64,000 bases of DNA from Mustelus asterias. Taxonomy: Eukaryota. The notes below the pieces were generated by a model, which made no database searches, was not told where the DNA came from, and worked only from the letters and a program-made list of their open reading frames with translations. How positions within the stretch are numbered: the stretch's first letter is position 1; each line of letters opens with the position of its first letter. Positions 11,798-22,410 of this stretch are shown piece after piece. Location of the stretch: positions 2,480,001 to 2,544,000 of the forward strand of contig NC_135815.1 in NCBI RefSeq assembly GCF_964213995.1. Reading direction: 5' to 3'. The position numbers and the translations under genes were made by a program.

Positions 11798-12554
11798 GAA
11801 TCACATCTTCAAACAGCTGTAATAACTCGCTCCAACGTGACGTCACATCGGCGAGGTTTGAATATTGAATATTGAGGGGGGTGGAAATCATGTGACGGGG
11901 CTGGATAATGATATGAAAATGTATTCAAAAATATTAGAATTAGGTTCTCACCTTTTATGGGTCACTGATGAGGTGCGGGGAAAATCAGGAAACGTGATCT
12001 CGCCAGTGAGAATGATGCTTCCCCACTCTCTCTGTATTTTCCTCCCACATTGCCATTCTCTCTGAATGTTAGAGCAGGTTCAGAGGCCACGTAACCTACA
12101 CCTGCTCTTCTTTCCTCCATTGCTACATGAGTTCAAAGCCCAGCAGGGCAGCAGGGGATTTTGAATACAGTTCAGTTAAATAAATTTGAAAGAAAAATCT
12201 TAGTGCCAGTAATGGGCAGCATGGACAAGTTGGGCTGAAGGGCCTGTTTCCATGCTGTAAACCTCAACCAAATTATTATAAAAATCCATCTGATTCACCA
12301 AAATCCTATAGGGTAAGAAATCTGCTGCGCTGACCAAGTCTGGCCAGAATATGACCCCAGAGCCACAGCAATGTGGTTGAAATTAACTATTCTCTGAAAT
12401 AGCCTCACAAGCCACTCAGTTGTATCAAACATCTCTGCCTGCAGAAGTTCAAGAAGGCAGTTCATCTACATCTTCTCAAGGGTATTTAGGGATGGGCAAT
12501 AAATTCTGGCTTTGTCAGTGACTCCCACACCCACGGACCATAGAAATACCATTG

Positions 12555-12995
12555 AGCTATTCTGACTCGGTTAGGATTGTTTTCGCTGGAGTTCAGACAA
12601 ATGAGGGGGGATCTCACAGAGACTTATAAAATTCTAACAGGACTAGACAGGGTAGATGGAGGAAGGATGTTCCCGATGGTGGGGGAGTCCAGAAACAGGG
12701 GTCACAGTCTGAGGATTTAGGATAGACCATTTAGGACGGAGGTGAGAAGACATTTCTTCACCCAAAGAGTGGTGAGCCTGTGGAATTCATTACCACAGGA
12801 AGTAGTTGATGCCAAAACATTGAATGTATTCAAGAGGCAGCTGGATATAGCACTTGGGGCGAATGGGATCAAAGGTTATGGGGAAAAAGCAGGATTAGGC
12901 TATTGAGTTGGATGATCAGCCATGATCGTGATGAATGGTGGAGCAGGCTCGGAGGGCCAAATGGCCTCCTCCTGCTCGTATCTCCTATGTTCCTA
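12555..12995 (+). mobile_element. CR1 LINE 3' fragment
   Basis: Encodes RLGLFSLE..MRGDL..FFTQRVV, followed by CR1 3'UTR. Confidence 0.85.
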
Positions 12996-13357
12996 CATTT
13001 CTTTTTCTCCACTATTTAATTCTTGAATCTTTCACTTTACAAAGAACATTCCGGCTCTCAATTCCATGCCCAGTACAGTATTGTGTCTGCTTGTGGTTCT
13101 ACTTTTCTCTACACCCTTTCTCTACATCCTCGCTATGACTGTAACACTACATTCTGCACTCTCTCGTTTCCTTCTCTATGACTGGTATGCTTTGTTTGCA
13201 TAGTGCAGAAGAAACAATACTTTTCACTGTATGCTAATACATGTGGCAATAATAAATGAAATCCAATCAAATCACTTGTCTAAGCTGTTGTGGGAAGGTC
13301 AACTGGTTCTCAGTAACGTTTCTGTCAATCTGACAATGTTAGTGAGCATTGACTTAC

Positions 13358-13705
13358 CAGTGACATTGAGCTGGGTCCCTGCTCCATGGATGTAGCTCCA
13401 CACACTGCATCTGTACACAGCTGTATCATTGAGGGTCACATTCACAATGGTCAGAATGTAACTGTTGCTGCTGACATTCCGGGAAGGCTGAAAACGGTGG
13501 TGGGAATCCCGGGACTTGGTAATGGTGCCATTCACAAATTGGCTGATCAGCCACTCACTGCGGTAGCCAGCTCGCTGGTAATGCCAGTGGACATCAGTGT
13601 CAATCACACTGGCATTGTACATGGCACATTGTAAGTCGACAGCCTGACCCTCTGGCACCTTGCTGACTGTTGGATACTGCATGAGGACTGGGTCAGACAA
13701 TGGAG
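13358..13705 (-). CDS. Exon 4: VJ domain V3 (PLSDPVLMQYP..LQC..VHWH..DTAVYRCSVWSYIHGAGTQLNVT)
   Basis: Acceptor tttcccacccacag|, donor G|GTAAGT, 348 nt, phase 1-1. Confidence 0.93.
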
Positions 13706-14054
13706 CTGTGGGTGGGAAATGGAAGGAGCTTTAACACAAACTGATACATTTCTCGGTCATTCAAAGTTCAACAATTCATTTATGTTTAATGTGCCAGATT
13801 TCAGACTGATTGGCCGGATAAAGTGGAACTGAGCTTGGTCGAGAGTGTCAGCTGTGGTTTAGTGGAAGCAATCTGTCCTCAGAGTCAGCCCACAGTGCAG
13901 AGAATTCCACAGGCCATCAACTCTCAGCACAGCATTGAAGCAGCTTTTTAGGACAAGCCATCACTGAACTGAGATGTTAAAACAAGTCCGGTCAGATGTG
14001 AAATCTCTCACATCATTATTTAAAGATCCCTAAACCAATTGATGTGGCCATTCG

Positions 14055-14680
14055 TAAGAACATAAGGACATAAGAACTAGGAGCAGGAGTAGGCCATCTG
14101 GCCCCTCGAGCCTGTTCCTCCATTCAATAAGATCATGGCTGATCTTTTCATGGATTCAGCTCCACTTACCCGCCCGCTCACCATAACCCTTAATTCCTTT
14201 ACTGTTCAAAAATTTATCTATCCTTGCCTTAAAAACATTCAATGAGGTAGCCTCAACTGCTTCACTGGGCAGGGAATTCCACAGATTCACAACCCTTTGT
14301 GTGAAGAAGTTCCTCCTCAACTCAGTCCTAAATCTGCTCCCCCTTACTTTGAGGCTATGCCCCCTAGTTCTAGTTTCACCCGCCTTTGGAAACAACTTCC
14401 CTGCTTCTATCTTATCTATTCCCTTCATAATCTTATATGTTTCAATAAGATCTCCCCTCATTCTTCTGAATTCCAATGAGTATAGCCCCAGTCTACTCAA
14501 TCTCTCCTCATAAGCCAATCCTTTCAATTCCGAAATCAACCTAGTGAACCTCCTCTGCACCCCCTCCAAAACTGTACGCAATACTCCAGGTGTGGCCTCA
14601 CCAGGACCTTATACAGCTGCAACATAACCTCGCTGTTTTTAAACTCCATCACTCTGGCAATGAAAGACAAAATTCCTTTT
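14055..14680 (-). mobile_element. CR1 LINE 3' fragment
   Basis: ORF 14156-14581 is the CR1 ORF2 C-terminus. (ttcttatg)n tail. Confidence 0.9.
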
Positions 14681-14859
14681 GTTGTTGTTTGTGGGACTCT
14701 GTGTGTTTCCTACAGCAGGGATTTCAAATGTATTTCATTGTCTGTAAAGTGAGTTTGTGAAAGGCACTGCACAAAAACAGCTGTTTCATTCCTTTCCTGT
14801 TTAACGTTCTTAACCTAAAAATGTCAAAGTGAGGCTGGGACAAGCATACCCGAATCTGA

Positions 14860-15727
14860 GAATGATTGACTGCTCCCCCCGTACACCCTCTCAATAGTGG
14901 TGGCAGTTGTGTGCTTTTAAGAAATATATTTCTCTGCAGGCTGTTTCTGGAGCCCTTGGAAATTTGTCGGCACCGTGTTGTCTGTAGCCGGTGTCCTTTG
15001 TTGTTACTGAGGCAGTATAATTGATATCATGTTGATTTTAATCTGGACTAATGCAGCATTCTGTGGTTTTAATGGTCCTTTGGGATTGCAGAGTGTAGTT
15101 TGTTTGTGGGTGATTGACAGTTTATGTCATGTGACTGCGGGCAGCTATGCTTCACAGAAAAGTCCAGTTTTGTGTTTCGTTTTCAAAAGTAGCTTGAAGT
15201 GGAGAGAAGAACCAGCACATTTTCCCTCTCTTTGGAGTTGGAGTTTCCATTCTCTGTATGGCTGTTTTTGGAAGCTGTCCATGATTAAGTTTACCTCTCT
15301 GAAGTTTGGCTGTTTTGAGGGTATCCTCCTCTGCAAACAGCTGGTCTAGATTTATGTCCATAGCTGTTACAAAGCTGAAGATGCAGTATCACATGAGCAT
15401 ACTTGCTTTCTGTGCTAAGACTGAAGGAGGGTGTGTATCAGTGGGATGGTGTTTAACTTGGAACAACAGAGATAGATAGCTGTTAGAGTTACACTGTGTC
15501 ATGTTTAAGTCTTGTAATTGGTAAAAGTTATGCTAATTCTTTTTATTATATTCTAACTGTGTTCTTAAATAAACTTTGTTTGATAAAAGCTTCCTTTTAT
15601 CAAAGGAATCATACTTACATTCATAACTAGAGTGTGAATCACACCTTGTGCCAAAGCAAATGTAAAAACTTAGGGTCGAGGATAACTTCACAAAACACTT
15701 TGTAATTTCTGGCCTGGATCTTAAACA
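14860..15727 (+). mobile_element. LTR-like interspersed repeat, copy 2
   Basis: Shared blocks with 3700-4564 (e.g. actgaggcagtataattgat, ttggaacaacagagatag). Confidence 0.6.
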
Positions 15728-15729
15728 AG

Positions 15730-16150
15730 TGTGTGCAGAGGGCTGTGCCCAGTGACCCCTCCTCAGGGAGATACTCAGACAATAGAGGAGACTCAGTCTG
15801 ATGGTAGAACTATGTGTCAACTATGTGAAAAATGGTCTTTGGTCTGCCCGAAAGTTGTTGGTCTTCCAATACAAAGAACTGTCCTCGACTGGGTGTTGCA
15901 GACTGGCACATTCCAAGGTCGAGGTCTACATGCTGAGGGACACACTCAAGCTTGGGGCAGACACCGCAGAGGCACAATGGGGGAAGGTCGCTGTCTAGAC
16001 CTTTCAGCCAGAGTGAACCAAGGGCTATATGATTCACTTTGCATCTACGCAGAGAATATTACCTGTCGCACAATTGCATTGAAGCAGCTCAGAATGCAAC
16101 ATGATCAATGTAAAAAAACTTAAATACTTTTGCACTGTCTGTAATTATTA
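15730..16150 (+). mobile_element. Tx1/L1-like LINE 3' fragment
   Basis: Peptide VKNGLWSARKLLVFQ..CCRLAHSKV..LRDTLKLG resembles a Tx1-type ORF2 C-terminus. Confidence 0.6.
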
Positions 16151-16343
16151 ATTTCAAATGTCTTGTAATGTAAAAAGTGGTAATAGAATTGTGTTTTTTC
16201 ACACTGGTGATATTTCAGTCAGAGGGGACATGGACTCAGTGATGCAGGAAGGAGTGAGATGAACAGTGACAGGCTCCAGGGGATATTGGCAGACCAGTGA
16301 AATAGGTGGAGACATGACAGACAGAATTTACTGCAGAGAAGTG

Positions 16344-16651
16344 TGTGGTGAACCATAGATGGTTACCACTATGGGTACTGAACCATAAATGGTTAGCACA
16401 ATGGGTACTTGTACATATGTTACTGTTGTCACTGTTGGGGTTAGGGTTGGGGTGTTCTACCTGTTGGTATTGTTCTGTGGTACACTCCGGTTGGCTCCAC
16501 CTACCTGTAGGAGTATAAAGGTCACTGCATTGCCTGGTGACCCTTTAGTCTGGGATTGTATTGTTAAGCAGTATGCTCCATTCTTGTTACTAATAAAAGC
16601 CTTTATTTCCCGGGTACGATCCAGCCTCCCGAGTGATTTAATCGCGCATCA
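16344..16651 (+). mobile_element. Small solo LTR (308 bp) inside a decayed CR1
   Basis: TG...CA ends, 5-bp TSD AAGTG (16339-16343 / 16652-16656), TATAAA ~16514, AATAAA ~16592. Confidence 0.85.
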
Positions 16652-17280
16652 AAGTGGAAAGTGGTTAAGTTTCATAAGCATGAGGGGAGGCAATGCGATT
16701 AAATTCTGCAGTTTCCAAACAGGATTCAGGAACCGAGGGAGTTATATGGTTACAATTCTTCAAACTAGTCAAACAAGTTCAGAAGGCATCTGAAAATGCG
16801 CACAGGACCCTGGACCTTCTTCATATGAAACAGAACCCAAACAAAAGGAAATTATAAAACATCAGTTAGCCATGTGTCCAGTTGTGGACACGACACTTCA
16901 GAGAGGATGACAAGGTGCTAGAGAGGGTTCAGCAGCGATTGATTCGAGTGGTTCAGGGCTGATGTTTGTGGGGTGAGGTAGTGATCTATTCAGGGAATTA
17001 ATGATAACTAACTGTGACTGTGGCTGTGACTGAACTCTCACATCAGATTTTAAATTGACCTACCTTATTTGACCTTTCGCTACACCCTAGCTATGTCTGT
17101 AACACTACAGTGTGCAACCTCTCCTTTCCTTCTCTATGTACAGTATGCTTTGCCTGTAAAGCGCAAGAGACAATACTTTTCACTGTATACTAATGCATGT
17201 GACAATAATAAATCAAATCAAATCAAGGAGAGAGATAATTGTGAGAAATTATTGAATAATCCACTGCTGAGTTATACTGC

Positions 17281-17370
17281 GGTGGAGATGCCGGTGTTGG
17301 ACTGGGGTAAACAGAGTAAGAAGTCTAACAACACCAGGTTAAAGTCCACCTGGTGTTGTAAGACTTCTTA
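17281..17370. mobile_element. 90-bp Penelope-terminus mini-insertion forming a hairpin
   Basis: 14-bp TSD ctgagttatactgc. Same terminus as 45620. Internal ~24-bp inverted repeat. Confidence 0.8.
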
Positions 17371-17695
17371 CTGAGTTATACTGCAACAGATCACTTCCAC
17401 ATTCATGCTTTGTAATGTCCAATTTAAAATCGCTTTAGAATTCCCAGTGCCTATCTGAATAACAGAAATCAATTTTTTTGGGTTTATCAATTCTATTCAG
17501 AAGTGAACTGCGTACAGGAGAAAGATTTCACAATGTCATTCTCCCAGCCCCATGGAATATTGGTCAGAGAAAAGGTCACAACATCACAATCCCAATCCTC
17601 CAGTCCATTCTCCTTCCTACTGGCAGTGTATGTTTACAGAACCCCCCTCTGTCCCGTGATGTCATTGTGAATTTAACTAAATCCCACATACTTAC

Positions 17696-18040
17696 TGGTT
17701 ACATTCAGCTGTGTCCCGTTCCCACTGATATCTCCCCACACTGAGCAGTAATAGACGGCAGTGTCACTGGGCTGCACCATGGTGATTGTCAGAATGAAGC
17801 TGTTATTGGAGGTGTCTCTGGAAGGCTGGAAACGCTCAGTGAAACCTGGGCTCCGGTGTGTGTGATTCCCTGTATCCTGTGTTAAAACTCTCTTCCTATC
17901 TTTCCCAGGTAGCTCCCGGTGCCAGTGAACATCAGTGCCTGTCACTGTAGCGTTCCCCATGGTGCACTGTAACCGTGCAGTCTGACCCTCTGTGACACGT
18001 TCCACACTCGGAGACTGGGTAAGGACTGGAACATTCGCAC
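17696..18040 (-). CDS. Exon 3: VJ domain V2 (ANVPVLTQSP..LQC..VHWH..DTAVYYCSVWGDISGNGTQLNVT)
   Basis: Acceptor ttttcctctttttaaag|, donor A|GTAAGT, 345 nt, phase 1-1, V-set motifs. Confidence 0.95.
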
Positions 18041-18907
18041 CTTTAAAAAGAGGAAAATATCAACAATTTAAAAAATAGTGTGAAGATTGTGAATATCCTA
18101 AATGTTTCAATGAAAAATGCATCAGCTGACATTACCTTGGGGAAATCGTAAATAAATCATCAAATGCTCTGATCTGAAAAACTCAAAGATTTTGAGATGT
18201 CTAGCTGTCCCTGCCACCTCCCTTCCCATTCCCAACTTCCCTATCCTTCCCCCCTGATCCCCATCACTGCGGAGGTTATTTTATATCCCACCTGGAGATC
18301 CAGCTTCATCAGCTGATGCAGGGTTCACCAATAAAAAGCTTCCTTGGCCTTAAACAACCACATCTGTCTACACTGCCTGCACTCCAGGTTTTAATTAGAA
18401 TCAAATGGGGAAAGATAAAGAGAGAGCGAACAGAAGTAGTTCACAATTTTGGTGATGCCATTGGGAATGGCACACTTGACAAAATCCAGCCCCGAATCTC
18501 TGCAGGGAATCTGAATCACCAGCAACACACCCTGAGGTTTTGTTATATTTTCCCTTTGGGTGAGACTTTGAGGTGACACCCTTTACACTCACATTTTTAT
18601 TTTATATTTGTTTGTCTGTGTAAATGGTACATTTTTAGTTTACAGATTTCAGGCTTCCTGCCAAAGTGTTCCCCCCTCCAGGTCACAGCCTCCCGGACCT
18701 GTTACATTCCTAATATCCAAATTCCAGGCCCATCGAGGAGAATCTTGTGGAATTCCATCATCAGAGAGTTTCCTGGGAGGGGGCTCGACAAATCTCACCT
18801 TTTTAATCCTCCAGTTATTATGAAAGTCGATTTCACATTCCTTAATTGTCCTGAATTAATCTGACAGATTTACACTATTATCATGAAACACCTGGCACTG
18901 CCACTTC

Positions 18908-19411
18908 AGAGTCATAGAGGTTTACAGCATGGAAACAGGCCCTTCAGCCCAACTTGTCCATGCCGCCCTTCCTTTAAACTCCAAAACTAGTCCCAATTGC
19001 CCGCATTTGGCCCATATCCCTCTATACCCATCTTACTCATGTAACTGTCTAAATGCTTTTTAAAAGACAAAATTATACCCGCCTCCACTACTACCTCTGG
19101 CAGCTTGTTCCAGACACTCACCATCCTCTAAGTGAAGAAATTGCCCCTCTAGACCTTTTGTATCTCTCACCTCTAACCTTAGGCCAATGCCCTCTAGTTT
19201 TAGACTCCCCAACCTTTGGGAAAAGATGTTGACGATCTAGCTGATCTATGCTCCTCATTATTTTTTAGACCTCAATAAGATCACCCTTAAGCCTCCTACG
19301 CTCCAGGGAAAAAGTCCCAGTCTATCCAGCCTCTCCTTATAACTCAAACCATCATGTCTCATTAACATCCTGGTAAACCTTTTCTGCACTCTTTCTAGTT
19401 TAATAATATCC
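18908..19411 (-). mobile_element. CR1 LINE 3' fragment
   Basis: KDIIKLERVQKRFTRM..YKERLDRLGLF. Its 5' end abuts the inverted-repeat arm. Confidence 0.85.
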
Positions 19412-20349
19412 TTTACTCCTCCATGTTGAACACCACTTGGAGGAAGCACTGAGGGGGGCAAGGGCACAGAATGTACTCTGGGTGGGGGATTTCAATGTCC
19501 ATCACCAAGAGTGGCTCAACAGCAGCACTGCAGACCGAGCCAAATGACATAGCGGTTAGACTGGGACTGCAACAGGTGGTGAAATTTAAACTTTGGAAAC
19601 CATTTCTATGCTAATGCTGAACCCCTTCAGCTCCCTCTCACTCACTAAACCCTGCCTTCCCCAGCTGTGTGTAAGTGTTTGGTTTGCCAGCACCCTGAGG
19701 AATTGTTGGTCAGTCCAGTGCAATGTAAAAGAGTCAATAAATTCTGATGGAGGGTCGTCAACTTGAAAGATTATGTGGAATATGAATCTGGGTCAGGAGT
19801 TGGCCACTCGGCCCCTCAGTCCTGCTCCGCCATCCATGGCTGATCTGATTGTAAGTGTTTCTCTGTGTTGCGAGGGTGCTGGATTTGCTGAGTATTCCGG
19901 CATTTTCTGTTTTCTTTATTTCAGATTTTCAAAACGTGCAGTATTTTGCTTGGGGTTTGTTTGAGCTCAGCGACAAATAGGGTTGCCCGGAACTGTCCAC
20001 AGTGCAGTACTGTACACACTTTGCTCTGTTTTTACCCAGCCCTTTGCCTCCTTTTCCTCTGCCAGACATGATGATTCTTCACTCAGTTCCCAACAAAATG
20101 CTATCTGTCTTACTGCTCGTTTTCTTCTCGTGACTGAATTTTCTGTGAGATTTTGGTGCGTCGTTTACACTTAATCATTTGTTCAATGAAAATGCCCCAG
20201 TTGGGTTTGACCCAGATTGAACTCTATCATGTGATTAAAATGTTCACCCAGCATCGTTAGTGTAAAAAGTGACAATCTTTTATCGTATTTACCTAAACAT
20301 CAGATGATTATGTGGTAAAATTTGGAATAAAAGCAGAGAAAATACTCAC

Positions 20350-20700
20350 TGGTCACATTCAGCCGGGTTCCACTTCCAAGGATACGTCCCCAAATCCCAC
20401 AGATATAGACATTGGAGTCACTGAGCTGCACATCTCTGATGGTCAGATTGTAACTGTTACTGGCAACATCTCTGGAAAGCTGAAATCGCTCGGAGAATCC
20501 TCCTGACCGGTAAACTCTGCCATCTACGTAATGACTCAGTAACATTTGATTCTTATTTTGTGCGTACCAGTGTACAGTAAAACTCTCCACTCTGTTATTT
20601 GTGTTGCTGCTCTGCAAATTACACCCAAACTTCACCGCTTCACCCTCACGCACTTTCACAACCGCAGGTGATTGGACGAGGACTATCTTTGCCTCGTGAC
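20350..20700 (-). CDS. Exon 2: Ig V-set domain V1 with joined J-like strand (HEAKIVLVQSP..FGC..VHWY..DSNVYICGIWGRILGSGTRLNVT)
   Basis: Acceptor ttttctctttccag|, donor A|GTGAGT, 351 nt, phase 1-1. Canonical C, W, DxxxYxC and GxGT. Confidence 0.95.
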
Positions 20701-20736
20701 CTGGAAAGAGAAAATAATTGAAGATTGGAACAGATA

Positions 20737-21270
20737 AGAAAGAACAAAGAACAGGACAGCACAGGAACAGGCCCTTTGACCCACCAAGTCTGTGCTGACG
20801 CAGGTGCCTCTCTAATCTAATATCTTCTTGCCTACACATGGTTCCTATCCCTCTATTCCCTGCCTATTCCTGTATCTATCTGGATGCCTCTTGAACATTG
20901 TTACAGAATCTGCTTCCAGCACCTCCTCCGGCAGCGCGTTCCAGGCGTTAACCACCCTCTGTGAGAAAAACTTGCCTCTTACATCTCTTTTAAACTTTCC
21001 CCCTCTCACTTTCAACCGATGCCCCGTGAGCAAGTGACTCTTCGACCCTGGGGAAAAGACTCTGATTATCCACTCTATCCAAGCCTGTTATAATCCTGTA
21101 AATCTCTATCAGGTTCCGCCCCCCGCCCCCCTCTCCTCATCCTCTGACGCTCCAATGAAAACAATCCAAGTTTGTTCAACCTTTCTTCACCCTCCATATC
21201 CTCCAAACCAGGCAACATCCTGGTAAAGGTCGTCTACACCCTTTCCAATGTGTCAACATCCTTCCGGTGG
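20737..21270 (-). mobile_element. CR1 LINE 3' fragment
   Basis: GHRLKVRGGKFKRDVRGKFFSQRVVNAWN and (ttctttg) tail. Close relative at 36745-37425. Confidence 0.85.
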
Positions 21271-22410
21271 TGAGAAAGTACAAAGTCTAACCTGAAAGCA
21301 GGTTATGAAATCTGTATATTGATGAATATATAACTGTGTATTATCCTCACTAATATGTTGCCGAGCTAAAACAAACCCCAAGCAAAATACTGCATGTTTT
21401 CAAAATCTGAAATAAAGAAAACAGAAAATGCTGGAATACTCAGCAAATCCAGCACCCTCGCAACACAGAGAAACACTTACAATCAGATCAGCCATGGATG
21501 GCGGAGCAGGACTGAGGGGCCGAGTGGCCAACTCCTGACCCAGATTCATATTCCACATAATCTTTCAAGTTGACGACCCTCCATCAGAATTTATTGACTC
21601 TTTTACATTGCACTGGACTGACCAACAATTCCTCAGGGTGCTGGCAAACCAAACACTTACACACAGCTGGGGAAGGCAGGGTTTAGTGAGTGAGAGGGAG
21701 CTGAAGGGGTTCAGCATTAGCATAGAAATGGTTTCCAAAGTTTAAATTTCACCACCTGTTGCAGTCCCAGTCTAACCGCTATGTCATTTGGCTCGGTCTG
21801 CAGTGCTGCTGTTGAGCCACTCTTGGTGATGGACATTGAAATCCCCCACCCAGAGTACATTCTGTGCCCTTGCCCCCCTCAGTGCTTCCTCCAAGTGGTG
21901 TTCAACATGGCGGAGTACTGACTCATCAGCTGAGGGGGTGACAATACATGATAATCAGCAGGAGGTTTCCTTGCCCATGAAAACCCCCAGGGCAATTCCC
22001 TCTCAACTGTACACCACTGAGAACATGCAAACTTCACACACTGACCCAAGCTGGGAGTTGAACCCGGGTCCCTGGCGCTGTGAGGCAGCAGTGCTAACCA
22101 TTGTGCCACCACCTCTGCTGGATCTGTCCCGCCAATGGGACAGGACACACCCAGGAAGGGTGATGGTGATGTCTGGGACATTCTGCAAGTATGACAATGT
22201 CAGGCTGTTGCTTGAAAGGTTTGTGGAGTAGCTGTATGTCTCAGTCATAGAATCATAGAAACCCTACAGTACAGAAAGAGACCATTTGGCCCATCGAGTC
22301 TGCACTGACCACAATCCCACCCAGGCCCTACCCCCAGATCCCTACATATTTACCTGCTAATCCCTCGCGCTCTGAAGCAGCAGTGCTAACCATTGTGCTA
22401 CCGTGCCGCC

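Larger units (their letters stand above)
19414..21917. repeat. ~565-bp inverted duplication, arms ~19414-19980 and ~21352-21917, enclosing exon V1
   Basis: The arms are reverse complements with only scattered mismatches, mostly at the inner ends. Confidence 0.95.

Noticed and set aside
9003-20700. Rearranging Ig/TCR V-segment cluster
   Set aside because: Each V already contains a J-like strand followed by a splice donor. I saw no heptamer-spacer-nonamer RSS, no convincing individual leaders and no C exon.
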